Below, piece by piece: positions 56,101-64,000 of a DNA stretch of 64,000 bases. A program made the position numbers and the translations under genes. The notes below the pieces were generated by a model. The model made no database searches. It was not told the DNA's origin and saw only the letters and a list, made by a program, of their open reading frames with translations. Origin of the DNA: an uncultured Phycisphaerales bacterium (GTDB lineage: Bacteria > Planctomycetota > Phycisphaerae > Sedimentisphaerales > Anaerobacaceae); NCBI GenBank assembly GCA_963772725.1, contig CAVYYI010000001.1, forward strand, positions 1,056,001-1,120,000. Direction: 5' to 3'. Position 1 is the stretch's first letter. Every line of letters begins with the position of its first letter.

Positions 56101-59100
56101 CCTCGACTTTCTTCAGCTGTTCAACCTGATTTTTCTTCTCGGATTCATCGAGCAAAGCATCATATTCTCGTGCTTCCTCTTCAAGCTGTGACTGGAGTTT
56201 AGTAATCTCATCGGCAGCCTGCGACTTGATTTGAGCAATCATATCTGCGTTTTCGGCTGCCATTTTTTCTTTTTGCTCAGCCAATGCCTCGACTGCTTCA
56301 GTTTTTGCCCTGATTATAGAATCTGCGTAGTCTCTTGTCTTTTCCTCCAGTTCGGTTTTAACCTGAGCTACTTTTTCGGCAGCTTCCACGGTTGTTTGAG
56401 ATATCTGCTTAGACAGAGATTCAATTCTATTTCCGGCTTGAGTTAAAGCCTCTTTCTGCTCTTTTATTTGCTCTTCCAAATTAAGGCCGGCTTGAGTCTT
56501 ATTTTTTAACTGCTCTTCGAGCAAAGCAACTTGTTTTGCGGAATTTTGCAGCTCTTGCTCAATCAGGTTACGTGATTGTTTTTCCGATTCGGTTTTAAGT
56601 TCGGCCTGTTTTTGAAACGCACGATGTTCTTCTGTCTTTTCATCGAGCCTTGCCTTTAACTGTGCGACTTCATTTGATGCGTCCGCCTTAATAAGAGAAA
56701 TTTTTTCCGCGGTTTCAGCTTCATCTTTCTCTTTTTGAGCGGCTAACGCATTTTCAGTTTTAGCCTCCCATTTTTGACATTCAGCAGCGAGAGTTTCATC
56801 GGCTTTGGCCTCTGCCTTTATTATCGACTCAGCGTATGCCGCAGCCTTATCTTCAAGTTCTGATTTTACTTTCGCAACTGTTTCAGCAGCCTCGGATTTG
56901 ATTGAAGCAATCTGCTCGGCAGTCTCAATTCTCAAAAGATTTAACCGTTCTGTCAAAGATTTAATTTCCTGCTGAGCCTGCGAACGAGCGTTTTGCTCGG
57001 AATGAAGCTGAGCATAGATAATATCTTTTATTTTTGAATCAGCCTCAAGATTTTGCTCCGCTTTAATCAGCGATGTTTTAAGAGTTTGGATACTCTTGTC
57101 CGATTCATTGAGTAACGCATCGTATTCTTGCGATTCCTCTTCAATCTGTGACCGGAGTTTAGTAATCTCATCGGCGGCTTGTGACTTTATTTGGGCAATT
57201 GCATCCGCAGTTTCAGCGTTCATTTGTTCTTTTTGTTTAGCAAGTAGCTCAGAAGCTTCGGTTTTTGCCCTGATTATAGAATCTGCATAGTCCCTTGTTT
57301 TTTCCTCCAGTTCGGTTTTGACTTGAGCTACTTTTTCAGCCGCTTCCAAATTGGTCTGCGATATTTGCTTAATCAAAGATTCAATTTTATTTCCAGCCTG
57401 AGCTAAAGCATCTTTATGCTCTTTTATTTGCTCTTCTAAATTAAGGCCGGTTTGAGTCTTGTAATTTAACTGTTCTTCAAGCTGTTTAATTTGCAGCACG
57501 GCGTTATGCAGTTTCTGCTCTGTCTGAGAATGCAATTGCCTTTGCGATTCCGCTTTAACTTCAGCTTGCGCTTTAAATGCTTTATATTCTTTTGCCCCAT
57601 TCTCAATTAGCGTCTTTAGAATTGTAACCTCTTTTGAGGCCTCAGTTCTAATACGAGATATTTCTTCGGCGGTTGTGGTTTCGTATTTTTCTTTCTGTGC
57701 AGATAACGCATTGGCAATTTCAGTTTCCGATTTTTGTCGTTCGGCAGCGATGGTTTCAGTAATTCGAGCCTCGGCCTTTATTATCGACTCAGCGTATGCA
57801 GCAGCTTTATCTTCAAGTTCTGATTTTACTTTCGCAACTGTTTCAGCAGCTTCCACACTAGTCTGCGATACTTGCTTAGTCAAAGATTCAATTTTATTTC
57901 CAGCCTGAGCTAAAGCATCTTTATGCTCTTTTATTTGCTCTTCTAAATTAAGGCCGATCTGGGTTTTATGTCTTAACTGTTCTTCGAGCAAAGCAATTTG
58001 CTTAGCGGAATCCTGCAACTGCTGCTCAAGCTGGTCACGTGATTGTTTTTCAGATTCCGCTTTAGCTTCAGCCTGTTTCTGAAACGCTTGATGTTCTTCC
58101 GCCTTTTCTTCAAGTTGTGCTTTTAACCACGCAACCTCATTTAAAGCCTCAGTTTTGATATGAGAGATTTTCTCCGCGGTTTCGGTCTCGTATTTTTCTT
58201 TTTGCGCTGCTAACGCATGTGCTGATTCGGCCTGAGTTTTCACGAGCGATTCAGTGTAGTTTCTGGCTTTCGATTCCAATTCGGACTTCAGTTCCGCGAT
58301 GGTCATCGCGCTTTCCGCCTTTAATCCAGCCAATTGTTCAGAGTAAGACCGGATTTGGTTTTTCGTATCGGCCTCAAGTTCGGCCTTTTCGGCGGCAAGA
58401 TTATTGAACCTCTGTTCCGCCTGAACAAGCGATTCTTCTTGGTTTTTAGCCATTGCGGCGGCATTACTCTTTAACCGGTTTATTTCCCCAGTCTGCTCTT
58501 TAATTTTCCGTTCAGCCTCAAACCTCGCCCGTTCTTCAGAATTAATCGCATCCTCCGCTTTTGCCAGGGCTTCATTGAGTTCTATCGCCGTCTTTTCAGT
58601 TTGCGATTCTTTTTCGGCAAGTTGCTCTGTCAGGAGTTCCAATTGTTTTTGAGCCCGTGTCTTCTGCTCCGTTTCAAATCTCAGTCTTTCATCAATATCC
58701 TGAATAGCGCCACGGGAATCTTCCAGTGCCTCTTGCACCTGTTTATGTAAATCGCGTTCATCTTTGATTTGAGATTCCGCTTTGTGTTTGGCTTCAATCT
58801 CAATTTGCAACTGCTGCTCAAGCTTTGTAATATGCTCGATGGCGGCATCTATCTGCCTTTCGGCTTCACCCCTTAATTTCGCCTCGTACTTTGCCCTGTC
58901 TTGGGCCTCGATAACGGCATTTCTTTCGGCTCGAGTCTTTGCTTTGGCCTCCGCCTCGGCTTTTTTGCGGGCATCAGCGAGATTTTTTTTCTCCTCTTTC
59001 GCCTTCGCCTTTGCCTTATTGAAATTAACACACGGTACTAAAGGGTGAAAAGGCCAATGTTTTTCCCCGCATTTACTGCATGTTGGCACAAACCGATTAT

Positions 59101-59158
59101 CGCCGGAAGAACCCGATTCGGGTGAATTCTGCGTAACTTCCTGTCGCTCCATCACCAT
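53147..59158 (-). CDS. Giant repeat coiled-coil protein (2003 aa) with terminal Cys/His motifs
   Basis: Uninterrupted E/K/A/Q-rich ORF after a GGAG RBS; N-terminal CSKCGEKHWPFHPLVPC; C-terminal CECC...FCPDC; internal repeats. Confidence 0.9.
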   Translation of the reverse strand: MVMERQEVTQNSPESGSSGDNRFVPTCSKCGEKHWPFHPLVPCVNFNKAKAKAKEEKKNLADARKKAEAEAKAKTRAERNAVIEAQDRAKYEAKLRGEAERQIDAAIEHITKLEQQLQIEIEAKHKAESQIKDERDLHKQVQEALEDSRGAIQDIDERLRFETEQKTRAQKQLELLTEQLAEKESQTEKTAIELNEALAKAEDAINSEERARFEAERKIKEQTGEINRLKSNAAAMAKNQEESLVQAEQRFNNLAAEKAELEADTKNQIRSYSEQLAGLKAESAMTIAELKSELESKARNYTESLVKTQAESAHALAAQKEKYETETAEKISHIKTEALNEVAWLKAQLEEKAEEHQAFQKQAEAKAESEKQSRDQLEQQLQDSAKQIALLEEQLRHKTQIGLNLEEQIKEHKDALAQAGNKIESLTKQVSQTSVEAAETVAKVKSELEDKAAAYAESIIKAEARITETIAAERQKSETEIANALSAQKEKYETTTAEEISRIRTEASKEVTILKTLIENGAKEYKAFKAQAEVKAESQRQLHSQTEQKLHNAVLQIKQLEEQLNYKTQTGLNLEEQIKEHKDALAQAGNKIESLIKQISQTNLEAAEKVAQVKTELEEKTRDYADSIIRAKTEASELLAKQKEQMNAETADAIAQIKSQAADEITKLRSQIEEESQEYDALLNESDKSIQTLKTSLIKAEQNLEADSKIKDIIYAQLHSEQNARSQAQQEIKSLTERLNLLRIETAEQIASIKSEAAETVAKVKSELEDKAAAYAESIIKAEAKADETLAAECQKWEAKTENALAAQKEKDEAETAEKISLIKADASNEVAQLKARLDEKTEEHRAFQKQAELKTESEKQSRNLIEQELQNSAKQVALLEEQLKNKTQAGLNLEEQIKEQKEALTQAGNRIESLSKQISQTTVEAAEKVAQVKTELEEKTRDYADSIIRAKTEAVEALAEQKEKMAAENADMIAQIKSQAADEITKLQSQLEEEAREYDALLDESEKKNQVEQLKKVEVELKLQAACENIAQLENQLSSQLQTLHKAEDQLKAERQARADAEQKVWQYNATIQEQQSRLASETQAKIETQEKFTAVEVEFNELKIKSNESIQTLKSALIKTEQSLEAESKIKDVIHAQLQAEQNTRSQAQQEIESLIEQLNQVKADTAEQVASIKTEAAEATAKVRSELELKTCAYADSIIKAKAEAQEAILAEKEKNKAETENLIARAKSDAAQEIRKIESQSALKADEYTRLIKESETKLDTEIQRRTKAEEKVRNYNADIREAEAKVEKKAFAQAESRAKIIAKAWTKGEQASREEAQVRAESESIRRAEVEKKLKLASEQLSRLDEQCKVLSEVKNIAESQARELKQMMSQAQQEIKSLTEQLNRNKVETAEQIASIKSDAAETVAKVKSELEDKAVRYAEMAVKAEARIAETVADEKQKLEAQTAQKIDQIKTDAAEKLVALKSQFENKQQQYQSLLEKAQSQIEEQKQLATEANRQVNSLTEQIARVKIEASQNIAEAKSQLENKAQEYADSIAKIQRDSAAEISSLYQTSETKAAEKIAQLKSEAANESAEFKSKQDEQISKYKVLSEQASAQIDAERLARTESEKHVVAVTERIARLKEQLCAQIEAKQKAEAHAQAQGKAILDAQEEVKTLLNQTAMLKIETAEARAQIKSELEEKARHYADSIAAIKSETADSLAAQKEKIEAQAAENIAMVKAEVERQTLARCAKLEEKIKEYQASLEQAKANAKHKIREFGENLTHAERQAESEAKSKLQAEEKLNEIRDQMAELQQKLTEQIHARIAAESLIKQERQTRADSEKKLSDCTQRIAELERRANIESDSRQGIESRLTSEKNMTAQLHEQINASQRQLNKIQEQWQDEVETIRRTLADTEEKLQEQVRARTEAEQKIHAQSGIMIELEQKLNYYGEQLDKAKQTANQTAEVKMPLVEPVKEVTKTGTCECCGRSNIKESDLVKIDSGQLFCPDCLKALKGTS

Positions 59159-59292
59159 AGACTCCTATTTTTAGCTTCAAATAACAGGCTCAGAAGTTTT
59201 CCCCGTAGCCTGTTGTTTTTCTTATTGCACTATTGTAAGACTATAGTAACAGGTGGAGTTTTTTTCAAGCACGTAATTCCAAACAATCTATT

Positions 59293-60123
59293 TTATTTCA
59301 AATCGAATAATGAGTTATCCATCGGCTTAAACCAGCCCAAATCCATATTTGCGGCCTTGAAACCATTTGGGTAAAGGCCGTTATAAGGAGCCATTTTTTC
59401 CGAACCGACGTGGCCGTCTGCCCAACCGATATTGGCACGGCCTCTATGCCTGAAGTGAATCGAGGGCGATGGGTCCCACGCCGGGTCTGGATTTCCGTTA
59501 ATCACGAAATATCGCGGCTCAGCAAATGAGTATTCTATATAATTACCCTGCTTGTGCATCGCGACATCAGCAAACATCAAAGTCCTGGCAGGATGAGTAA
59601 CCTGCGAAGCTTTGGCGGTTATTTTGCAGCTTGAGTCTTCATAGCCGTTTATCCATATCCTTGAGCCGATGTATATCATATTATAACCATAGCCGCTGCT
59701 GCCCTGGTCGTATTGAGGTTCAGCTGGTTCCATTTTTACAAAATTGACCTTCGCGGAACACTTCAGCTTTCCGCCCCCGCAATGCGATGCCAAAGGCCCG
59801 CGGGTTGTATCGAACGGACTGTTAATATTGTCGCGCAGGCCATACCATCGCTGTCTGTTAGTGGTAAAAATGTCTGACGCAGCAGGAACATAACCGCCTT
59901 CGTTATCCCCTGCATAACTGGTATTGGCAATAAGAAGCTGGCGAATATTGCTTTCGCAGAGCATCTGTCTGCCCCGCGACCTTGTAATATTCAGCACCGG
60001 TATCAAAATCCCCGCCAACAGCGAAATAATAGCCATAACTATCAGCAGTTCTATCAGGGTAAAAGCTGTCGCGTATTGACTCTTTACTGTCCGAGAGTAC
60101 CTTGTATTAATTTTATTAACCAC
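59293..60123 (-). CDS. Prepilin-type N-terminal / H-X9-DG domain protein (DUF1559-like)
   Basis: AFTLIELLIVMAIISLLAGILIP, CESNIRQL, YGYN and FRHRGRANIGWADGHV. Confidence 0.9.
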   Translation of the reverse strand: MVNKINTRYSRTVKSQYATAFTLIELLIVMAIISLLAGILIPVLNITRSRGRQMLCESNIRQLLIANTSYAGDNEGGYVPAASDIFTTNRQRWYGLRDNINSPFDTTRGPLASHCGGGKLKCSAKVNFVKMEPAEPQYDQGSSGYGYNMIYIGSRIWINGYEDSSCKITAKASQVTHPARTLMFADVAMHKQGNYIEYSFAEPRYFVINGNPDPAWDPSPSIHFRHRGRANIGWADGHVGSEKMAPYNGLYPNGFKAANMDLGWFKPMDNSLFDLK

Positions 60124-62078
60124 GATAAACCAATATTGTCTTTGTAAACTTTTTTTGGGGCGTTTATTTTTTCTGGCTCTGCAAATTCATCGCCCAAATT
60201 CTCAACTTCGTCGAGGTACGTAAAATCCAGATATGCCAGTCCGCTATTTTCGGTACTGTCGTTAATCTGGAACTCTATTTTTTTGACTAAATCTTTATCG
60301 ATATTAATTGTATAGATAATCTGAGGTTGCCCCTGACCTGTTTGACCGAACATTGTAACTCTCGCTTCTTCATCACCGCCGCCGGTTTTTGATTCTAACT
60401 TTCCGGTGCTGAACCTTATTTTTCGCTCAACAGCGTCTCTTCGGACTATATCTATTGTGTTCATACCCATCCACGGTCTGGACAATCCCTTAAAAAAAGC
60501 GCCCGCCGGATAAGCCGCGAGGACTTTCCCATCTGCAGTTGTCAAATACGCTCCGGATGGCCGGTCAATAATGATGAGTCTATTACCAATATTCAGTTTC
60601 AACCACGGCGGATGCTCAATTCCAGCATTATAAACAAACGGAATCCGTCCCCAGCCCTCGACATTGTCCTGACCGATTTGGCCGGTAACTCGAAAGAACG
60701 TCCATCCCCGCTTATGCATCGTGTCTCTCTGGTCGATTATGGGCGTATCCGCCGGCCAGCGGTGTCGGAAAGATTCAAAGGTTTTTTCGTTCAGATTATT
60801 ATATGAAATATTGGACTTGAAGTTTTGAGCGTTATAAAAACGATTGTCCATGGCGCCGACAAGCAGTCCTGTCAGCGAATCGCGTATATACTTAACTCCT
60901 GTTATTTTACCTTCGATCTGGTCGAGAAAATCTGTGAATTCCTGTGTGTCTGCGGGCAGACGTCGGGTATTTAGGTCTCGCAGTGGTAGATGGCCGTTAT
61001 ATAAATAAATCTTTTTTTCGCCCGAATGATAATAGTAATTCCCGCTGCCGTTCTGGAGCCAGCCGCAGAGTTTTGTTTTCTGACTCGGGTCCCATCTTTG
61101 CATCATCATAAACAGCGGACCGTCAATACCCTCCGGGAAATAATACCACTGTTCATAAGCCCCTTTACTAAGGCTGCGACCGTGCGCGAGATTTAAATTT
61201 GTGATTTTTGTTTTGTCCCAGGCCTGTTCAACATAATGAAAACTTTTAACTTCGGACCTTTTCGGCAACCAGATATAGGAGACGCTATTATCCATTGGAC
61301 GTAGCGACATAATCCCGCCTAATGCGAGAACAGCGGCAAAGAAGATTGTCGCGATAGTTAACCAAAGATGAACGCTCGCGGCACCGACAACCGCAGCAGC
61401 AGTACTTACTTTTGTCACAGCGGCAGGCACGGTGGATGAGACGGAATTGGACGGCGCGGTCATTTTACCAAACAATCCAATTACCATAGGCAACGCCGCG
61501 TTCCCGAAACCGAGCTTCAATAGTTTCTGTTTTAGCGAATGCTTTGCCCGGTAGAACATTATTTGGGCGTTAAACTTACTGCAGCCGACAATCTCGCTGA
61601 TTTCAGAGTAAGACAGTTCATCGAAACAACGCAGAATTAAAAGATTCCGATGTTTAAGCTTCAATTCCTTGATAACGTCAAGTATGACCTGCGTCCGCTC
61701 CTTGTCTATCAGGTTTTCCAGTTCATTACCATGCGTTCCGATGGCCTGCTGTGTCAAATATTTTTCCTTAAATATATATTTTTGCTGGTGCTTCGATTCG
61801 TTCTGTCGATCCCTGAAATGGTGCTGCGCCTTACTTAACGCTGTCCGGTACAGCCAGGGCCAGAAACTTTCAGGATTTTTCAGTTTATTCAGAGAGCTAA
61901 CCATTTCCAGCAAGGTCTCCTGTTGAAGGTCGTCAGTCAATGAATGATTCAGCGTCAAACGGTAAATATAGGCATAAAGTCTCCCCTGAACCAGTTGGGC
62001 CAGACTGTCCATACTCCGCTGACAGCCAAGCTGGGCCTGTTTGACCAAATCCGAATAATTTACTGTTTCGTTATTCAC
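60084..62078 (-). CDS. ECF sigma factor fused to a TM helix and a roughly 400-aa extracytoplasmic domain
   Basis: Region 2 (DDLQQETL...FWPWLYRTA), region 4 (LSYSEISEIVG...FYRAKHSL), TM LWLTIATIFFAAVLALGGIM and a long C-terminal domain. Confidence 0.85.
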   Translation of the reverse strand: MNNETVNYSDLVKQAQLGCQRSMDSLAQLVQGRLYAYIYRLTLNHSLTDDLQQETLLEMVSSLNKLKNPESFWPWLYRTALSKAQHHFRDRQNESKHQQKYIFKEKYLTQQAIGTHGNELENLIDKERTQVILDVIKELKLKHRNLLILRCFDELSYSEISEIVGCSKFNAQIMFYRAKHSLKQKLLKLGFGNAALPMVIGLFGKMTAPSNSVSSTVPAAVTKVSTAAAVVGAASVHLWLTIATIFFAAVLALGGIMSLRPMDNSVSYIWLPKRSEVKSFHYVEQAWDKTKITNLNLAHGRSLSKGAYEQWYYFPEGIDGPLFMMMQRWDPSQKTKLCGWLQNGSGNYYYHSGEKKIYLYNGHLPLRDLNTRRLPADTQEFTDFLDQIEGKITGVKYIRDSLTGLLVGAMDNRFYNAQNFKSNISYNNLNEKTFESFRHRWPADTPIIDQRDTMHKRGWTFFRVTGQIGQDNVEGWGRIPFVYNAGIEHPPWLKLNIGNRLIIIDRPSGAYLTTADGKVLAAYPAGAFFKGLSRPWMGMNTIDIVRRDAVERKIRFSTGKLESKTGGGDEEARVTMFGQTGQGQPQIIYTINIDKDLVKKIEFQINDSTENSGLAYLDFTYLDEVENLGDEFAEPEKINAPKKVYKDNIGLSWLIKLIQGTLGQ

Positions 62079-62313
62079 ATGGTTTATCCATCTGATATAT
62101 TAGTCCAATATCCCGGGCTTTTCTTACACTTTTTTTAAAAAAAATTCGTAAATTTTCCGTTTCGCGACAAAAAAAACGATGGACTTTTTTCAAGTCTTTA
62201 TCGTATAACGACTTATGGAAATATCATGGCTTGTTTTGGCAGAAAAATTTTTATTGTAATCTTCTGAAAAGCTGGTATCATATTATGTTTTATGTACTTA
62301 GGAGAATTGAGTT

Positions 62314-62550
62314 ATGAAAGAAAATATTCATCCGGCTTATAACAAAGTAGTGGTTCACTGCGGTTGCGGCAACACGTTCGAGACCAGCAGCACGGTGAAA
62401 GAAATCCACGCTGAAATTTGCTCAGCGTGCCATCCGTTCTATACCGGCAAGCAGAAATACGTTGACACCGCCGGCAGAATCGAACGCTTCCAGAAAAAAT
62501 ACGGCCAAGACTACTTCAAAAAGGCCGAAAAAGACCAAAAGAAGAAATAG
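62314..62550 (+). CDS. rpmE: 50S ribosomal protein L31 (zinc-binding type)
   Basis: MKENIHPAY...CGCGN...[13 protein letters not shown]...GRIERF. Confidence 0.97.
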   Translation: MKENIHPAYNKVVVHCGCGNTFETSSTVKEIHAEICSACHPFYTGKQKYVDTAGRIERFQKKYGQDYFKKAEKDQKKK

Positions 62551-62572
62551 CTTACTTTTCAAACACATCCAG

Positions 62573-62609
62573 GCTCTGATTTTGATTCCCTCAGAATCAG
62601 AGCTTTTTT
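62573..62609 (+). terminator. Rho-independent terminator after rpmE
   Basis: GCTCTGATTTTGA-TTCCC-TCAGAATCAGAGC followed by T6. Confidence 0.8.
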
Positions 62610-62654
62610 GTTTGCGGCGTTTTATAATTTAGCAGGCGTGGGAAACACATATTT

Positions 62655-63746
62655 ATGGCAGAAAAAGCACACGAAACATTTCTGGCGAAACTTGAGGAAA
62701 TCGACAATCGTTACAGCGAGATTGAAAAGCAGATGTCTGACCCCTCTGTAACATGCGACCCGAACAAGCTCATCTCGCTGAGCAAAGAACAGGGCAAACT
62801 TAAAAATATTGTCAGCAAATACCGGAACTATAAAAAAGTCACCGCAGGCATAGCTGAATCGCAGGATATTCTCAAGGATACCGCTGCCGACGGAGAGATG
62901 AAACAAATGGCCGAAGAAGAAACCGCCAAGCTTGAGATTGAACAAAAGGGTTTGCTTGAAGAACTCCAGAATAAGTTCCTGACCGCCGATGATGACGCGA
63001 TAAACTCGGTGATAATGGAGATTCGCGCGGGTACCGGCGGCGACGAGGCTGCCCTGTTCGCACGGGATTTGTACGAAATGTACACCAGATACGCTGAAAC
63101 CAGAGGATGGAAAGTTGAATCAATGGATTTCAGCCCGACCGAAAGAGGCGGCTTTCGTGAAGTAATATTGAGCATAAAAGGACAGGGGGTCTGGTCGGAA
63201 CTCGGCTATGAGGGCGGAGGACATCGTGTTCAGCGTGTGCCGGAAACCGAGACGCAGGGACGCATTCACACATCAGCGGCAACGGTGGCGGTGCTGCCTG
63301 AGCCGGAAGAAGTGGATATTAAAATCGACCCGAAAGATGTCGTCGAACATGTCAGCAGAGCAGGAGGTCCTGGCGGGCAAAATGTAAACAAGGTCAGCAG
63401 TGCCATCAGGCTTGAGCATGTTCCTACCGGTATCTGTGTTAATATGCGCGAGGAGAGAAGCCAGCACAAGAACCGCGACAAGGCCTGGCGTGTGCTGCGA
63501 AGCAGACTTTATGAACAGACTACGAGGCAAAAACAGGCGGAGCGGGATTCAAAACGAAAGACCATGATAGGCTCGGGCGACAGGAGCGAGAAAATCAGAA
63601 CGTATAATTTCCCGCAAAACCGCGTAACAGACCACAGAATTAACTTGTCGCTTTATAATCTTGACAGGATAATGATGGGCCAACTCGGCGAAGTTATCGC
63701 AGCTTTAAGAGAGTATGATAGGCAGCAGCGATTAAAGAACCTGTAA
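62655..63746 (+). CDS. prfA: Peptide chain release factor 1
   Basis: [20 protein letters not shown] (PxT), GGQ and [16 protein letters not shown] motifs. Confidence 0.97.
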   Translation: MAEKAHETFLAKLEEIDNRYSEIEKQMSDPSVTCDPNKLISLSKEQGKLKNIVSKYRNYKKVTAGIAESQDILKDTAADGEMKQMAEEETAKLEIEQKGLLEELQNKFLTADDDAINSVIMEIRAGTGGDEAALFARDLYEMYTRYAETRGWKVESMDFSPTERGGFREVILSIKGQGVWSELGYEGGGHRVQRVPETETQGRIHTSAATVAVLPEPEEVDIKIDPKDVVEHVSRAGGPGGQNVNKVSSAIRLEHVPTGICVNMREERSQHKNRDKAWRVLRSRLYEQTTRQKQAERDSKRKTMIGSGDRSEKIRTYNFPQNRVTDHRINLSLYNLDRIMMGQLGEVIAALREYDRQQRLKNL

Positions 63747-63791
63747 AATAGGCAAAATTAACAAAGCCCCGACCGTGAGGCAGGGGAAAAA

Positions 63792-63887
63792 TTAGCCACG
63801 AATGAACACGAATAAACACAAGTTTTATTTATTTCTGCACTCTTGCGGTAAAATATTTTGAATTTTGATTTTTAGTTTTTGATATTT
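63792..63887 (+). repeat. Composite short-period tandem-repeat element
   Basis: TTAGCCACGAATGAACACGAATAAACAC left arm, GCGGTAAA right end, then TTTTGA-type short repeats. Confidence 0.8.
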
Positions 63888-63890
63888 CTT

Positions 63891-64000
63891 ATGATTGTTG
63901 TTGTTACGGGAATGGTTGGCGTTGACAAGAAGAGTTACCTCGAAAATGTTTGCCGGCTGGCGAGCGAGCGAGGTAAAGAGGTTCTTCTGTGCAATGTCGG
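63891..64000 (+). CDS. 5' start of a protein with a degenerate P-loop-like motif (partial)
   Basis: MIVVVTGMVGVDKKSYLENVCRLA... runs off the window end. Confidence 0.55.
   Translation, partial: MIVVVTGMVGVDKKSYLENVCRLASERGKEVLLCNV

Noticed and set aside
53147..59158. SMC/Rad50 ATPase or phage tape-measure identity for the giant protein
   Set aside because: No Walker A/B, signature or hinge motif, no TM segments and no phage genes nearby.
62190..62217. AAGTC...GACTT dyad upstream of rpmE as a dif site
   Set aside because: It does not match XerC/XerD arm spacing; an IHF-like or regulator site is more plausible but unsupported.
9614..63819. Identical 24-mer at three sites read as a CRISPR repeat
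   Set aside because: Copies are dispersed over tens of kb with no repeat-spacer array and no cas genes.

Overview
Bacterial chromosome segment, most likely a planctomycete of the Phycisphaerae/Sedimentisphaerales type. This is inferred from the long SecA, an H-X9-DG prepilin-like gene, several ECF sigma/anti-sigma cassettes and a dockerin-tailed secreted protein. It carries two near-identical IS630 copies in inverted orientation around a YtrA-type GntR/ABC operon and a heavily frameshifted secA. It also has two paralogous ECF/anti-sigma cassettes, an IS5-family element, a lipoprotein-type rubrerythrin, manA, a WecA-like transferase, clpB with a sigma54-type promoter, and a DUF362/polyferredoxin operon divergent from tatAC-dusB. 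Further on are a Wza/exosortase/EpsI/TPR/Wzc/epimerase operon, rlmN, a U32-family gene, a cold-shock gene, a 2003-aa repeat coiled-coil protein with Cys-rich ends, a membrane-anchored ECF sigma, rpmE and prfA. Single-base frameshifts in secA, clpB, tatC and several other genes probably include assembly errors. The most unusual signals are a family of intergenic elements built from 7-, 9- and 10-bp tandem repeats with inverted ends, the giant coiled-coil protein, an apparent excess of D/E-x-N motifs in exported proteins, and the modular ECF cassettes. No rRNA, tRNA or CRISPR array was recognised. All family assignments come from motif recognition by eye, not from database searches.
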